Below are positions 18,334 through 30,700 of a stretch of 41,256 nucleotides of DNA, piece after piece (within the stretch, counting starts at the first letter, position 1; every line of letters starts with the position of its first letter). The stretch covers positions 162,030 to 203,285 of the forward strand of contig NMRA01000676.1 of the NCBI GenBank assembly GCA_002633005.1, in the 5' to 3' direction. This stretch comes from Phoronis australis (lineage: Eukaryota; Animalia; Phoronida). Position numbers and translations under genes: made by a program. Below the pieces are notes generated by a model. The model was given only the letters and a program-made list of their open reading frames with translations, was not told the origin of the DNA and ran no database searches.

Positions 18334-21300
18334 ATGTTGTATTTGGAAGATTTCTTGGAAAGTATGGTGAAATTAAATGCATAGAAGGTCATATTAAGCT
18401 CTCACATTAACCACAATGGGTTCAAATTTGCTTCCTATTTGGATTAGTAGTCCGTTAACTCATCGTGATGTGAATGGCTCTGGACTTGGACAGTTCGCCT
18501 AGTAACACAATATCTATGATTGAAACTGTTGTTTGGGTGAAAGTTGAGTAAATGGACACCCTCCTCATAATGGCTACCAAAAACCAGTTTCACTGAATAA
18601 CGGACGTTGCGTTATTCAGTGAAAATTGGTTCTTAGCAGCCATTTAGAAGAGGGACCCGTTTACTCCACTTTCACTCAGCTTAAGTTGCCCTAAATTATT
18701 GGAAGAATGTGTCACACTGTATCTTATTACTGTTACTAACTGTAGCTGAGTTGTGTTGTCAGCAGTTTTAAGCCTTTGAAACGATTTCTTGTTTTGTTGA
18801 AATTGAAAAAAGTTATGTGTTCGTTCAATGTTTGTGCAGAAAATTCCACACACCGATACTCAATAGTGCTGTGGGTATCGAATTCAGGTTGGCGGCACGA
18901 GAGTCAACTATCTAAGCCATTTGGCCAAGAGGAGCCATTTGGCCAAGAGGAAATTGTCACTTGTCGAGTGTTCTTGGAGAGTCTTTGAATATACCATTCA
19001 ATGTCCCCCCCTAAAAAGTCACTACATCAGCGGTGTCACAGCTGTTGATTTTTAGTTATCTGACTTTTTCACTAGGAGCAGCTCATTGCACTAGTACAGA
19101 GATGCACTACTCTGAAGGTGCGGTAGCCTGAGGGTGCGCTAGTCCCTAGATCTACTCACTAATAAGGCAGAACTGAGTCACAAAGAATTAAGTGCAATTT
19201 TTGTGGGAATTCAATGAAACTGGCTGTAATACATTGTACATCTTTTGGCTTTTGTTTCAGTGATAGAAAATCTCCCCATGGAGATGAGAGATCGGTTTAC
19301 TGAGATGCGTGAAATGGATCTTGAGGTTCAGAGTAAGTGTTACCTTAGGCCTCAATACTGGTGACATTTCCCCTACCTGGTGTCTCTATATTTGTTCTTT
19401 ATGGTTTGGTGACACAATGTCCTTGATAACGTCTTGTAGCTCATGGAATCTTATATCCAATGTGCTGTCAAATTGTTCCTCAATGTACTCATTGTGCATG
19501 ATTAAGTCACGGTAATTCTGTCCCTCCTTTCCAGACAATATGGATAGTCTAGACGAACGGGTGACCACGCTGTTCAAAAAATGCCAGGAAGGAAAAGCAA
19601 AGAAAGATTGGAAGGATGAACAGTTTGAGAAAATAAAACAAGTAATTTATTTTTACAAAACGTTTGCCAAATCCTAAGTTAACTTAAACTGGCATTGCTA
19701 ACACAATCTTATCAGGTATTTTATTCATATTGGTATAACATGCTCAGTCCATTGCTTGGAGAGACACCTATTGACAAGACGTCTCAGGCTGGCCATGTAT
19801 GAGAAAACTGATTTCACTTCATGTAACAGATGGTAGCAGTCTACTGCATCATGTTATTAATGGCTTACTGTACACCAATGTTTTAGTTAAGTTTTATTAT
19901 TTTTGCTTGGTATATTGTTATGAATTTCTTTGTGCAATATTTCTGGATCTTTCTATTTTACCTTGTGGTTTGTTAACTTCTGTTTTCCAGGAATACAAGA
20001 AAACATTAGAACAAGCAGATGAAAAGGTCCAACTAGCAAACCAGTTGTATGACTTGGTAAATATTTTTCTTTGTTGGCTCATGTCAAGCAATAAACTAGC
20101 ATGAACTGAATGTCTTCAGGCAGCATCAAGTTGAAGTGTCTGAAGCTAGCATTCACTGTCATCAACATTTTTAAACAACAGTTATTGTAAAATACTCTTA
20201 TTTCAATCTTTGTCAGTGTTTGTGGAGTGTGGTAATTTTTTAAGTAATAAAATGTTAATGGTCCATAACATTTGTATGTGATATCTAAATAACAATGAAC
20301 ACTAGCACAGTTGGTTTCTTCTGCAGTAAATAGACAATGATAAGAAGCGTCTTGAGTTATATTTTTAAATGGTTAATGTTCATTGTAAGTAAATTTCTTC
20401 GAATTTTACCTATCTGATTTCAGGTGGACCGACATTTACGAAAACTAGATCAGGAGCTCAGCAAATTCAAAATGGAGCTTGAGGCTGATCACGCTGGTAT
20501 CACGGAGGTGTTAGAAAAACGTGAGTGTCAAGGTTGTTAAAAGAGGAGATGTTCATGTATGCAACAGAACTGCAGTTGCATGGCCTCTGTGAACTCCAAG
20601 TTTCATCTTTGAGGAAACTTAGAAACTTGAAGTTACAAAACACCCGGGAACCTGCAACTGCCTGACGGGGGAACCATTGTTTTTCCTTAACTTCCAGCCA
20701 CATTGCTTTTGTGATTCAGTTCTTAACATTAACATATTGTCAGTTCCTCCAAAACCTAAAAATCCATGGCATTGGTAAGGAACACATTGGAACCAACATT
20801 GCACAAGTATTGCGAGTTAAAAAAACTGAAAATTTAATGTAATTGGTGTTTTGAGGCTTTAAGAATCCATTTGCATGCCATGGTATGAATACAAATGGAA
20901 GTTATTGTATAATTGATAGATAGAACTTAAAGTAATAACAGTGGTTGCACTGATTACCCTTTTCTTTGGATCTTTTACAGGTTCTCTTGAACTTGACAAG
21001 TCACAAAGTATGAACCACAAAGGTGAAAGTAAGTGAACTTGCTTTTCATTTTTTGATTTATTAAATCCAAGGTTAGGAGTTACAGACTATGGTTTTTAGA
21101 CAGTCAATCTGAAAACCGTTGAACTAACAATGTGAAAGCCTTATTTTATGACACTGATGACTGACTAATGCCCAGTTGAAATTAAGTAGGGAAGTATCAA
21201 TCCATGTTTTTCCCAAAATTTGCAAAGTTTTGCAAGAATGTACTGTCAGAGCGAATATTTTCTCTGCTTTAATGAAGCAATCTAAAATGTTCGTTTTGTT

Positions 21301-24300
21301 TCTCCTGTTCACTGATTTGTGATCCAATGGCAGCAACTGGATTTTTCATCTAAATCTGCGCATAGTTTTCGGCTAAACAATGATAAAACATAACCTTGAC
21401 ATCAGGAGCTCTTTATTCGTGTCCAATTTTGAATTTCAGAACGAAAGTACAACCAGACTGGCATCAGTAATCACGTAGAGAAGAAACTAGCCACTGAGAA
21501 GGCCATGTCTTCACTGGCTGATGACACTGCCCGTGGAACATTTGGCACTGTGCGACAGGCCATGTCTAACACTCCATCACCAGCCACAAATATGTTCAAC
21601 TCTTCCACTAGTAATGCCAGCAAACAGTCTCTATCAGGCTATAACATAGGTAGGTTGCCATGTATGTGTTCAGCATGTGCTAGGAAGATTTAGGTTATGT
21701 TTTGTGAAAGATCGTCTGTATTAACAAACTGTGTTCCTGTAGAAATCTTTGGTATGACTGTCTCAGTTATGAGTGACGTACAATCTTTGATGCAGCAGCT
21801 ACTTGGTGTATAGATATATGTTCTAGCAGTACCTACAAATGGTTTTGTTACTTTTTCTAGTGCAGGACTGGATTTTATCACATTATGGTAGGATGTACCA
21901 CACAAGGTTATTTTCTGAGAAATTCCTTACAGTTCATGTTAGTAGTACATTGATTTTTTTTTTGATTTGATGGTGGAGGTGAGGATGATGTTTGTGGTGT
22001 AGTCTTACTGGTTTCTGCATGTGAGTAAGAACTAAGTCCAATCCTTGACACAAATTTCATTATTTTCCAGGAAAACTACCTCTAGGCTCAGCTATTGCTC
22101 AGGCAGCATCACAAGCCATAGCAGCAACACAGCAGGTACTGTTTATGGTGCACGTGTGTGTGTGTGTGTTCATGGATAAGTGTGCTCAAGCATTTTACAG
22201 TTGATTACTGCCAAATTACCTGCTATTAAATTTCAAAGGCTTCTAATACTGTTGTTAATGCCCTCAAGTTTTCAGAATATTCTGAAGCAGTAGCTACGGT
22301 ACTGATAATTGTAATTAATTTCATGTTCCTACCATATGTATATAAATTAGAAACAAAATTTCATCCCCCCCCGTTATGTATCTGATAGTGGTGAGATTTT
22401 GCTACTTTAATAATAGCTATNAGTGTGCTCAAGCATTTTACTGCTGATTCCTGCCAAATTACCTGCTATTAAATTTCAAAGGCTTCTAATACTGTTGTTA
22501 ATGCCCTCAAGTTTTCAGAATATTCTGAAGCAGTAGGTACGGTACTGATAATTGTAATTAATTTCATGTTCCTACCATATGTATATAAATTAGAAACAAA
22601 ATTTCATCCCCCCCCGTTATGTATCTGATAGTGGTGAGATTTTGCTACTTTAATAATAGCTATTAAGTTAAACATCAATTTGATTTGTTATCTTTCAGAT
22701 GCAACAAGGTCGACGGACTGCAAGTCTTAAAGCCAGCTATGAAGAAATTAAGAAAAACGCTGATCTACAGTCAGCATTTAACGTAGCATCAGCCAACACA
22801 AGCTCATCATTGACAGACTCAGGGCGTTCACAGAGGCAGAAAAAGTAAGGAAATTCATTTAAATTTTTCTTTTTGGTATCCTATTAACACCTTTCGGTTT
22901 GTTTGATCATCCAGTTCTTATGATTCACCAAGTGATATTGCTAAGGTATAGTTTGAGTTTCATCACACGTTGTTTGTCCAAGATACACCATGGATGTAGG
23001 GATTGTGTTTAGAAGTGCTTAACATTTTGCGATATAAGTGAGATTGTGCAAAATCCCCTCGGCAGTGAGATCTCACCATCCATATGCTGCGGTGGGGCCT
23101 CACCCTCCACATGCTAGCAAAATGGCAGCTACTAACTTTAAATGTTGCTGAATGAAGGGAATAAATATTCCCACACTGCTTGTTTCCACTGGCTGAGCCA
23201 AGATGTCTCACGGCTAGGGTTGTTTCAATGGATGACCTCAGTGAGTACACTGCTAGTTTCCATTGGCTGAGCCAAGATATCTCACGGCTAGTGTTGTGTC
23301 AATGGATGACCTCAGTGAGTACACTGCTTGTTTCCATTGGCTGAGCCAAAATGTCTCACGGCTAGTGTTGTGTCAATGGCTGACCTCAGTGAGTATACCC
23401 TTTGTTACTATCTGCATTACATTTCATTATCAGCAGCATCATTAGTATATGCAGTGAGGGGTTCCCTATCAGATCATCAACAAATGCACTGTTATATCTT
23501 TTTTACAGAACAACACAGCGAGCTCAGGCCTATCTTCAGCAGCAACAGAACAAACATCACCAACATTTACAGCAAGCATTGCAGACTCCGCCCACTTCTA
23601 CATTAGCCACGCCCATTACCCCATCCGTCGTGGAGGAATTGACAGGTAAGGCAATAGTCTGATATAACCTGCCCACACTTTGAGAACCAGTTGTTGCCCA
23701 ATATTCAGTGGAGAAAACTAGTTCTCAAAACGCGAGCACATTATATCAGTGTATTACCGACATGTAAGACCCACCATTATTGGTGGTAGTGGTGAAGCAT
23801 CTCACACTGTCCTGTGTTGTTCTATGTTGATGTAACGTTAGCCCTCTGCTCATTTTGAATTATGGTTTATTGAAAACCTTACAAAGCCATCTAGCACTTG
23901 CCACACATTGATAACTTTGTCTCCAGATGCAGGCCACTTGTGCATGTGTTTTCGCAAGGGTGTGACTGGAGATAAACCTGGTGCGAATTCTCCTTCCCCT
24001 CTTTAAACAGTTAACTTTTAGTGTACATCATATACAGTGGTCCCAAATAGGTACATAAATTAGGTGGTTTGATATTGTTCAAAATCCAAATTCAATGGAG
24101 AGAGGGAGAGGGAGGGAGGGATGGAAAAAGGGTTGGAGAGAGAGATAGAGAAGGGGATTGGATGTTGTAATATAAATAGAAAGTGAAAGCACGCAGCTCA
24201 TGTGGTGCCATATTCTTGTGTAGAAGCTGACTGTAAACACAGTGGACCTTGGTATATTAAGTGCAAAAATACGTTTAGCATTATTAGTAGAGTATTTAAA

Positions 24301-26070
24301 CTGAAGTCTTTGGAGGGTTTCTTTTTTAATCTCAAAATATCACAAAAGTGATATCACAGGTAGGAGTATGAAAATTCAAGGATTTTTCTATCTTTTTTAT
24401 TAAAATCAACCCAATGGTTTCAATGTTAGAGCCTTTTAGCCATAACACTTGGTTCCGTGCCACGAAATGGCCGCCCTGCACGAGTCCGTTTTTGGCATCT
24501 GGTTTTCTATCTGCCATGCCACTTGAAGGATCAATATGAAAATTGGGAGGTGTGTTCCTGATGAGGAGACTGCAGCTGACATTGACTTTTAGATTGTAAT
24601 TAAAGTTTGCTTAAGTTAGAATAGAATATGGCGGAACAGTAAAATTTCATTTTTATCAAAATTTTCAACAAAGGAAATCAAGAAGACAATTTTACTTATA
24701 ATTATTTGAAAACATAGTATGGCCATAATCAACAAATACATAATGAATTTTTAACATTTTTGGCAATACAGTGAGCATCTGAAAAATAAGTTTGAGGTAA
24801 CTTCACTAATATTTTTTAAATAGTTACGCATAAGACATCTTGATTTTCGGATTTACTTTATAATATGTTTGAGCTTCAGGTTCGTGTATACATTCTTGCA
24901 GTGTGATTTGGGCCAAAACCTACCAAAGGTATTTAAGACTCGTCTCAAAAATAGTCCACTCATATCTCATGTTTTAGTATACGTGGACATTTCATGAGAT
25001 GTGATTGGTCAACTTTTGAGTCTAGTCTTGAGCCTTGGACTCTGTTTTCAATGTTTGCATTTCTCGAGTTCTGCCCACTGGATCAGTACACCGACTTTAT
25101 TTCAGACACAGAATCTCAAGCCGCAGTAGACAATTCGTCAAGTAACCCTGACTGGACCTATGACCCCAATGAGCCGCGCTACTGTGTATGTAATGAGGTC
25201 TCGTACGGTGAAATGGTCGGCTGTGACAACAAAGACGTAAGTTGGGTTTATACAAAAAATCCAAGCCTCAATTGAACAGATACATTGTCCTTGGTGATTT
25301 TTGTCTTTTACGAAAAAAGTTTCATCACTTTAAACAATTGTAGCCAGAAAACTATTACAGTGCCTGAACTTGTGGGGAATAAGTCGTGGTGGTGTAGTTG
25401 TGTTATCCAGTTCTTGGTTGAACGGTAGATAGTTGGCTAACTACTCACAATTACAGTGAAAGAATTTTCTTAACAGTGAAATATCAGTCTTTTCTCGAAA
25501 TCATGTTACATAAAAGCAAGGACTTGCTGAAAAGTCTGTAAGATGAATAGCAAAAAGCAGCTTATTGGACCGACAAGATTGTTAGACCAATGAGATCGCT
25601 GAAGAGTTTGTTATGTGATTAGCAATAATCAGCTTATTTTGCCAACAAGGTTATGTCACATCTACTTACCAATGAGATTGCTAAAGTTTTATCAAGTGAA
25701 TTGCTAAGTTTGGCTTATTTGTCTGACTGGTCAGGTGAATAGTCGCTTTAATAGATTAAAGCGCTATTCAAATGAGGGCCGTTCACTATTTTAAACAAAA
25801 ATGTCATGTACTGCAGGAGTGTGGCTATGAGTGTGCTCGTCTCTTAACATCCTTTTTCGGTGTTAATCCCAGTTGATGCTAGATTTGTGTTCAGTTTTTG
25901 AAAGCTAATTGTACTACGAGGTTTCTACTTTTGCAAAATGACCTCAATTCTATTTCTAGTGTCCAATTGAATGGTTCCACTACGGGTGCGTGGGGTTGAC
26001 ACAAGCACCCAAGGGCAAGTGGTACTGCCCACAGTGTACGGCAGCCATGAAGAGGCGCGGCAGGAAGTAG
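18334..26070 (+). CDS. ING3: Inhibitor of growth protein 3 (NuA4/TIP60 subunit, PHD finger)
   Basis: Exons 18334-18361, 19261-19332, 19535-19641, 19991-20056, 20424-20520, 20981-21028, 21440-21649, 22071-22135, 22699-22844, 23509-23645, 25106-25236, 25960-26070 total 1218 nt, 405 aa. [30 protein letters not shown] start, [30 protein letters not shown], and PHD finger [55 protein letters not shown], ending AAMKRRGRK. Confidence 0.97.
18535..18677. repeat. ~143-bp imperfect palindrome (foldback/MITE-like) in ING3 intron 1
   Basis: Left arm GGGTGAAAGTTGAGTAAATGG...AATGGCT...TTTCACTGAATAACG, loop GACGTTG, right arm CGTTATTCAGTGAAA...AGCCATT...CCGTTTACTCCACTTTCACTC. Confidence 0.85.
22179..22663 (+). 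repeat. 242-bp direct duplication flanking a single N; probable assembly artefact
   Basis: 22179-22420 and 22422-22663 differ at about 4 positions, with N at 22421. Confidence 0.85.
23174..23395 (+). repeat. 74-bp tandem repeat, 3 copies
   Basis: CACTGCT...GACCTCAGTGAGTA units starting at 23174, 23248 and 23322. Confidence 0.95.
23642..23765. repeat. Imperfect inverted repeat beginning at an ING3 5' splice site
   Basis: CTGATATAA...TTTGAGAACCAGTT pairs with AACTAGTTCTCAAA...TTATATCAG; weaker pairing extends out to the donor at 23646. Confidence 0.7.
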
Positions 26071-26480
26071 GATCGTGATGGTATCGTGGAAGTGAGGGCT
26101 TCAAAGGATATGTGCCTGGACATTGTCAAGGAAACTGTGATACAGAAAATTTTGTTAGTATTCAAATGTTACGAAGTTGCATGCATATTGACTGGAGAAA
26201 ACACTGGAGGAAAATTTACTCGCAAAATTGTAACCCAAAAAGGTACAACACGATCTTGTCATAGAGTAGAAATCTGCAGGGTCAAGAAGGTGTTAACAGA
26301 AATTCATAGGGAAAGCTCAATTTAGTTGCAGATTTTTCAGCAATACATACTAATTGCCTCTGGCTTTTTGCCTTGTACTGTTGCTCAGTTGAATTTCTAA
26401 ACTTGTAGTTGCATTTTCAGACCATTAAACTAAAGCTAAAGAATTTACGTGTTAACAGAATGTCATCTTCATAGTGCTAA

Positions 26481-26486
26481 AATAAA
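26481..26486 (+). terminator. Probable poly(A) signal of ING3
   Basis: AATAAA ~410 nt after the ING3 stop. A second + strand AATAAA lies at 26815-26820. Confidence 0.55.
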
Positions 26487-26624
26487 CAATGTCATATACA
26501 TAAAAACAACTTTAACTGGACTGTTTTCTTATAAAATGTATTATTTGTGAAATCAAGATCATTGTCACAGTAAACAACGAACAAAGTCATCATATTGAAA
26601 AGATTGCCAACTGGTTCGTGCAAC

Positions 26625-26699
26625 TTTGTAAACTCATCAATGGAGACGAGCCTCATTAAGAGGTTTAACTATCTTCATATCATACTCAAAGTGCACAAA
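26625..26699 (-). promoter_or_regulatory. Type II SECIS element in the selenophosphate synthetase 3' UTR
   Basis: Minus strand reads TTTGTGCACT TTGAGT ATGAT ATGAAGATAG TT AAA CCTC TTAAT GAGG CTCGTCTCCAT TGAT G AGTTTACAAA. It has the AUGA/UGA kink-turn core, a ~10-bp helix II, AAA 12 nt after the core, a CCTC/GAGG ministem and a helix I. Confidence 0.88.
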
Positions 26700-27711
26700 C
26701 AAGACCTTGGCCACCTCTACAATATTACTGACACAAGACATGAAGCATTCCGTCTTGGTCTGTTTCAATCAAGGCTGCTCAGACCCGAGAAGCAGACAGA
26801 AGACTGAAGACTTCAATAAACGATTGCAATGATAACGTCACCAGAATGCACTTTGACCCCCATTTAAGTGCAACGGATAAGATACCAGAGGACGATTGAG
26901 AAACAATTCAGTGGCTATACTGATAACTAATCTAAACCAATTGGATGTGAGTCACAGGGATAGTTAGACACTTAGTTGCTCCGGCCATAGGAGTTTGTCC
27001 TCAGAAATGGTATTTGAAGAGGGCAATTACTCTACTCGGAAGTAAAAATTGAATATTTAACGAGTGCGCTCACTGGGTTGTTTCCAGGCCCTGTACAGCT
27101 CCAATACAAAATCTTATTGCAAATAAGAATCACATGGCAATCAAAATTAAAAATCTGGAGACTAGTCAACCTGTGAATAACAGCATAGATGAACAACCAA
27201 GAGTAAATTTCTCAAATGCTCTAAAGCAACAGCATAATCTCTTTATGTATACATTTGTCAACGTCTAGAACAAAATATTCCACTATTATTGCAAACTGCA
27301 CTTACATTCGTATCACTAAACAGCAATATAGGACAATACAACATGATTTTAAAAAAAGTGATTTTATGACTAACCCACGTCAACAATACCCGCAATAGTT
27401 CGTTAAAAAACTGACGTCTCGCCAAAATAATGCATTTCTCTCAGAGATCAAGCTTGTGGTGGAGAAACCACCTATTGTTCCGAAGTAACTCCGTGCTGTT
27501 CATAACGATTGGTGTAAAATTAGGACAACGACGATTAGTTAAAAATGAACATTTCTGCAGCTTCAAGTACAATGAAAAAACACAAAAGTGCGCGATAAGT
27601 GGCCGAAAATTACACAACTCATTAATCTCACACAATTGGGCTGTATTCAATGGGAAGGCATTTTGTAAATTTTCTTGATAGTAACAATTCCATAAAACGG
27701 AAAAGCCTTCA

Positions 27712-30700
27712 CTACCACAGCTCTCCTTCAGTCTCTTTAGACGGGACTTCGATAACACGGGAATGATTAACTATTTTAGCCGTTCGGTCGCCTTTATCAA
27801 CGATGCCTACAATCCACGCCTGGTACCCTTCTGAGTTTTCGATGTCTTTACAGAATGCCTGGGCTTGCTCTCGCGGCAGAGCTATAAGTAACCCGCCTGC
27901 AACACAAACATAACATGGCATACATCTGGTCAGTTTTATGGAAAGTTACTTTAAACATTTGAGACAGAACTGGTCTTGCAGTCCCACATCACAACTGCTA
28001 TTGTAATTATGAGCACTACACTGCCTAGAAATAATTCACAGAACTAATCTTGGTAACTAACACCTAGCTGTACATTCTCAGCGACAGCACTTCTGGTGAA
28101 ATGAGATTAAACAACTTTTCTGAAATAGTTGACGTGTGGAACGTTAACACACAATTTCTGACTTCAGTCTTTAGTCAGTTTGTGAATAGCTAATAAACCA
28201 ACATTTGGTATTAAGATTTAAGATCTCATTTAGAATGTTTAGCAAAACATGACCTACACAATCTTATTAGGCCAAACACTAGAAGTTGTCACTCACAACA
28301 GTTAGAAATAATTAATGGAATCGCAAAACCTTGGTATAAAGAGTAGTACACAAAAACACTGCATATCGTAATATGCACTATCACTATGTATGACTAGAGC
28401 AGGACAACCCTGCCGAAAGATGACAAAGCCGCGAATCAACTGGTGCCACCATATACATGCCTCCATGTCAAGGTTAATCACAATTGGTCGAGCCATTTCG
28501 ACAATTGACGGACAATAAATTTCAAAAACCTTGCATAAGTTGTACTTGACCAAACCAGGAGATTGTCAGACTTAGGTGAAATCTGACTTGTCTAAAGGGC
28601 CAAATGTAAAAACTAGAACAAAATTGCTGAGGTTTGTATGAGACAGGGCTTGGAATGACCAATGACAAAAAACGCGGAAACTTTGAAACTTTTACGGCCC
28701 AAATCATGCCCGATAACCAGCACTGTGAACTTTTCCCCGACAAAAATCGGGACGACTAAAACAAAAAAAAAAAAGAAAAAAATTACCACCATCAGTACCA
28801 TGCGTCTGCGTCCTTTTAGCTCGCCCGTCCACTCCCAACCCACACATTTTTGGCTGCAGAGCGGTAGTATTTGTCGCCGCGCTTAACAATAACACGAGAC
28901 GCCATTGAAAATCCCACCACGCTGTCCCAGATGCCCCGGCAATGTTGACAATTTATGTTCCTCCGAAACATAAAGAGCAACTTCCGCATTTCGAGGTGAA
29001 CGTCGTCTGCAATGCCGCGGTAAAAAAGGAATTTGCCGCGGAAATTTTATATCAAATCCGATTTTTTTACGCGGAAATATTATAAAAAAGCGGTAAGCAC
29101 ATTTGAAAAAAGCGGAAATCCGCGTTTCCGCGGAAAATTCCAAGCCCTGATGAGATAATCGAAAGTCTGACAACTGCATGACCAAGTTCTAATGCAAGTC
29201 GGAGAAAACTAGAATGGACAACACAGGGTGGGGACAGTAGTCAAATCCACCCAATACCACCTGGTGCTAGTGCTTGCCCTGCCATGCACTTCTCCATCAT
29301 TTCTGTCTCACTTATATGCAGGATTATGGACAAGAATCAACTATTATTGTACTATTTACTCACCAGATGTCTCTGCCGATCGGCCCTGCAGTAGACCAAA
29401 CATGTTGCCACAAATCTTGCTGACAGCGGCCATCTTGGCAATGATGGGCAAGTTGTGAATATGGAAGCTGACCTCATTCTTCTGTATCTTGGCTAGATTG
29501 CTGGCATGACCTAGGATGCCAAACCCTGTCACATCCGTGGCACAGTGGGCATTATACTTATGCATGAGGATAGCGGCTGGAAGGACCAGAGTGATATTGA
29601 GAATAAGAACACCTTTCAACCCACTTAAAGCTGCTACAATGCTGCCAAATAAGAATATGCTCCCTGAACTTGGACGGAAAGAGCCGACGGGTCGGTACTT
29701 CTGGAGGCCATGCTCGGCACATAGAATGACGCGCTGTGAGAAGGCAACTCGTTAAGCCTGGTCTAGAGCGCTAATGAACACTGACAGTTCTTTCTACGCA
29801 CAATAATCACCTATCATTTGATTTTGGAAAAAGAGACCAGTTGTATAGCGTCAAGTGGTGCAAATCCAATTCGTACATTTGTCATCAGCAACAAAAGTTT
29901 ATGGCGACTTGTACTCAGCTACTTAGTCAGTGGACGATATAATCTGTCAACAGGAGTTGTCTGTAGATACGGCTTCAACACTAGCACGCACTCCATTGGT
30001 CAGGAACAACAAAATTGTTCAACTAACAATGTTCTCCAAAAGTTACATAACATTGTGATGACAATGAGTCTGGATTTTGTGATGACGAGTTTGCGTATAC
30101 ACAGTAAACCCTTTCTAACCATAGGACATTTGTTAATGTCGACTGCCAAGTCAATTGCACATACTCCTAGACTTCTTACTAACACTTCCCCCTATTATAC
30201 AAATGGATGTATATTTTGTAATTACAGTCCAATTTCAGTTTCTCTTATGGAGAGTACGGACAAAGTCTTTGGAATTACAACAGAAAATTAACGAGACTCA
30301 CCAACTCTGTTCAATCGAGCCATGCTGTCCATAGCTCTCTGATAGGCTTTGCGCACTTCCTCCTCACTGATCACAGGTTTGATTCGGTTCCAGCGTTCCG
30401 GCTTGTCCAGCCACTGATAAGCGTTCACTGCTACCTGAGTGCCGAGGGGTTTGGTAAGCACCAAGACATCAGCCGGCACAGCACCATCAGGTCTGAGTTC
30501 AAAATTATAGAACAATTAGTCACCCAATGAGCGATAACAGTCTTAGCAATTGAACAAAAATTTCCCAAACACGTAATTGTGAAAAATCACACCATGCAAA
30601 GACATCACAAAAAAGATTAAAAATCACTTTTTGTGCATGTGAGGACTGATGTGGCCAATTACTAATGTGGAGTAATATTGGAAACTAATGTGGAATAATA

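Noticed and set aside
26790-26841. Second SECIS candidate starting GTGAC on the minus strand
   Set aside because: No complementary 3' arm for helix II.
29818-30291. 157-aa + strand ORF antisense to an SPS intron
   Set aside because: TTG start and no recognisable domain; likely chance.
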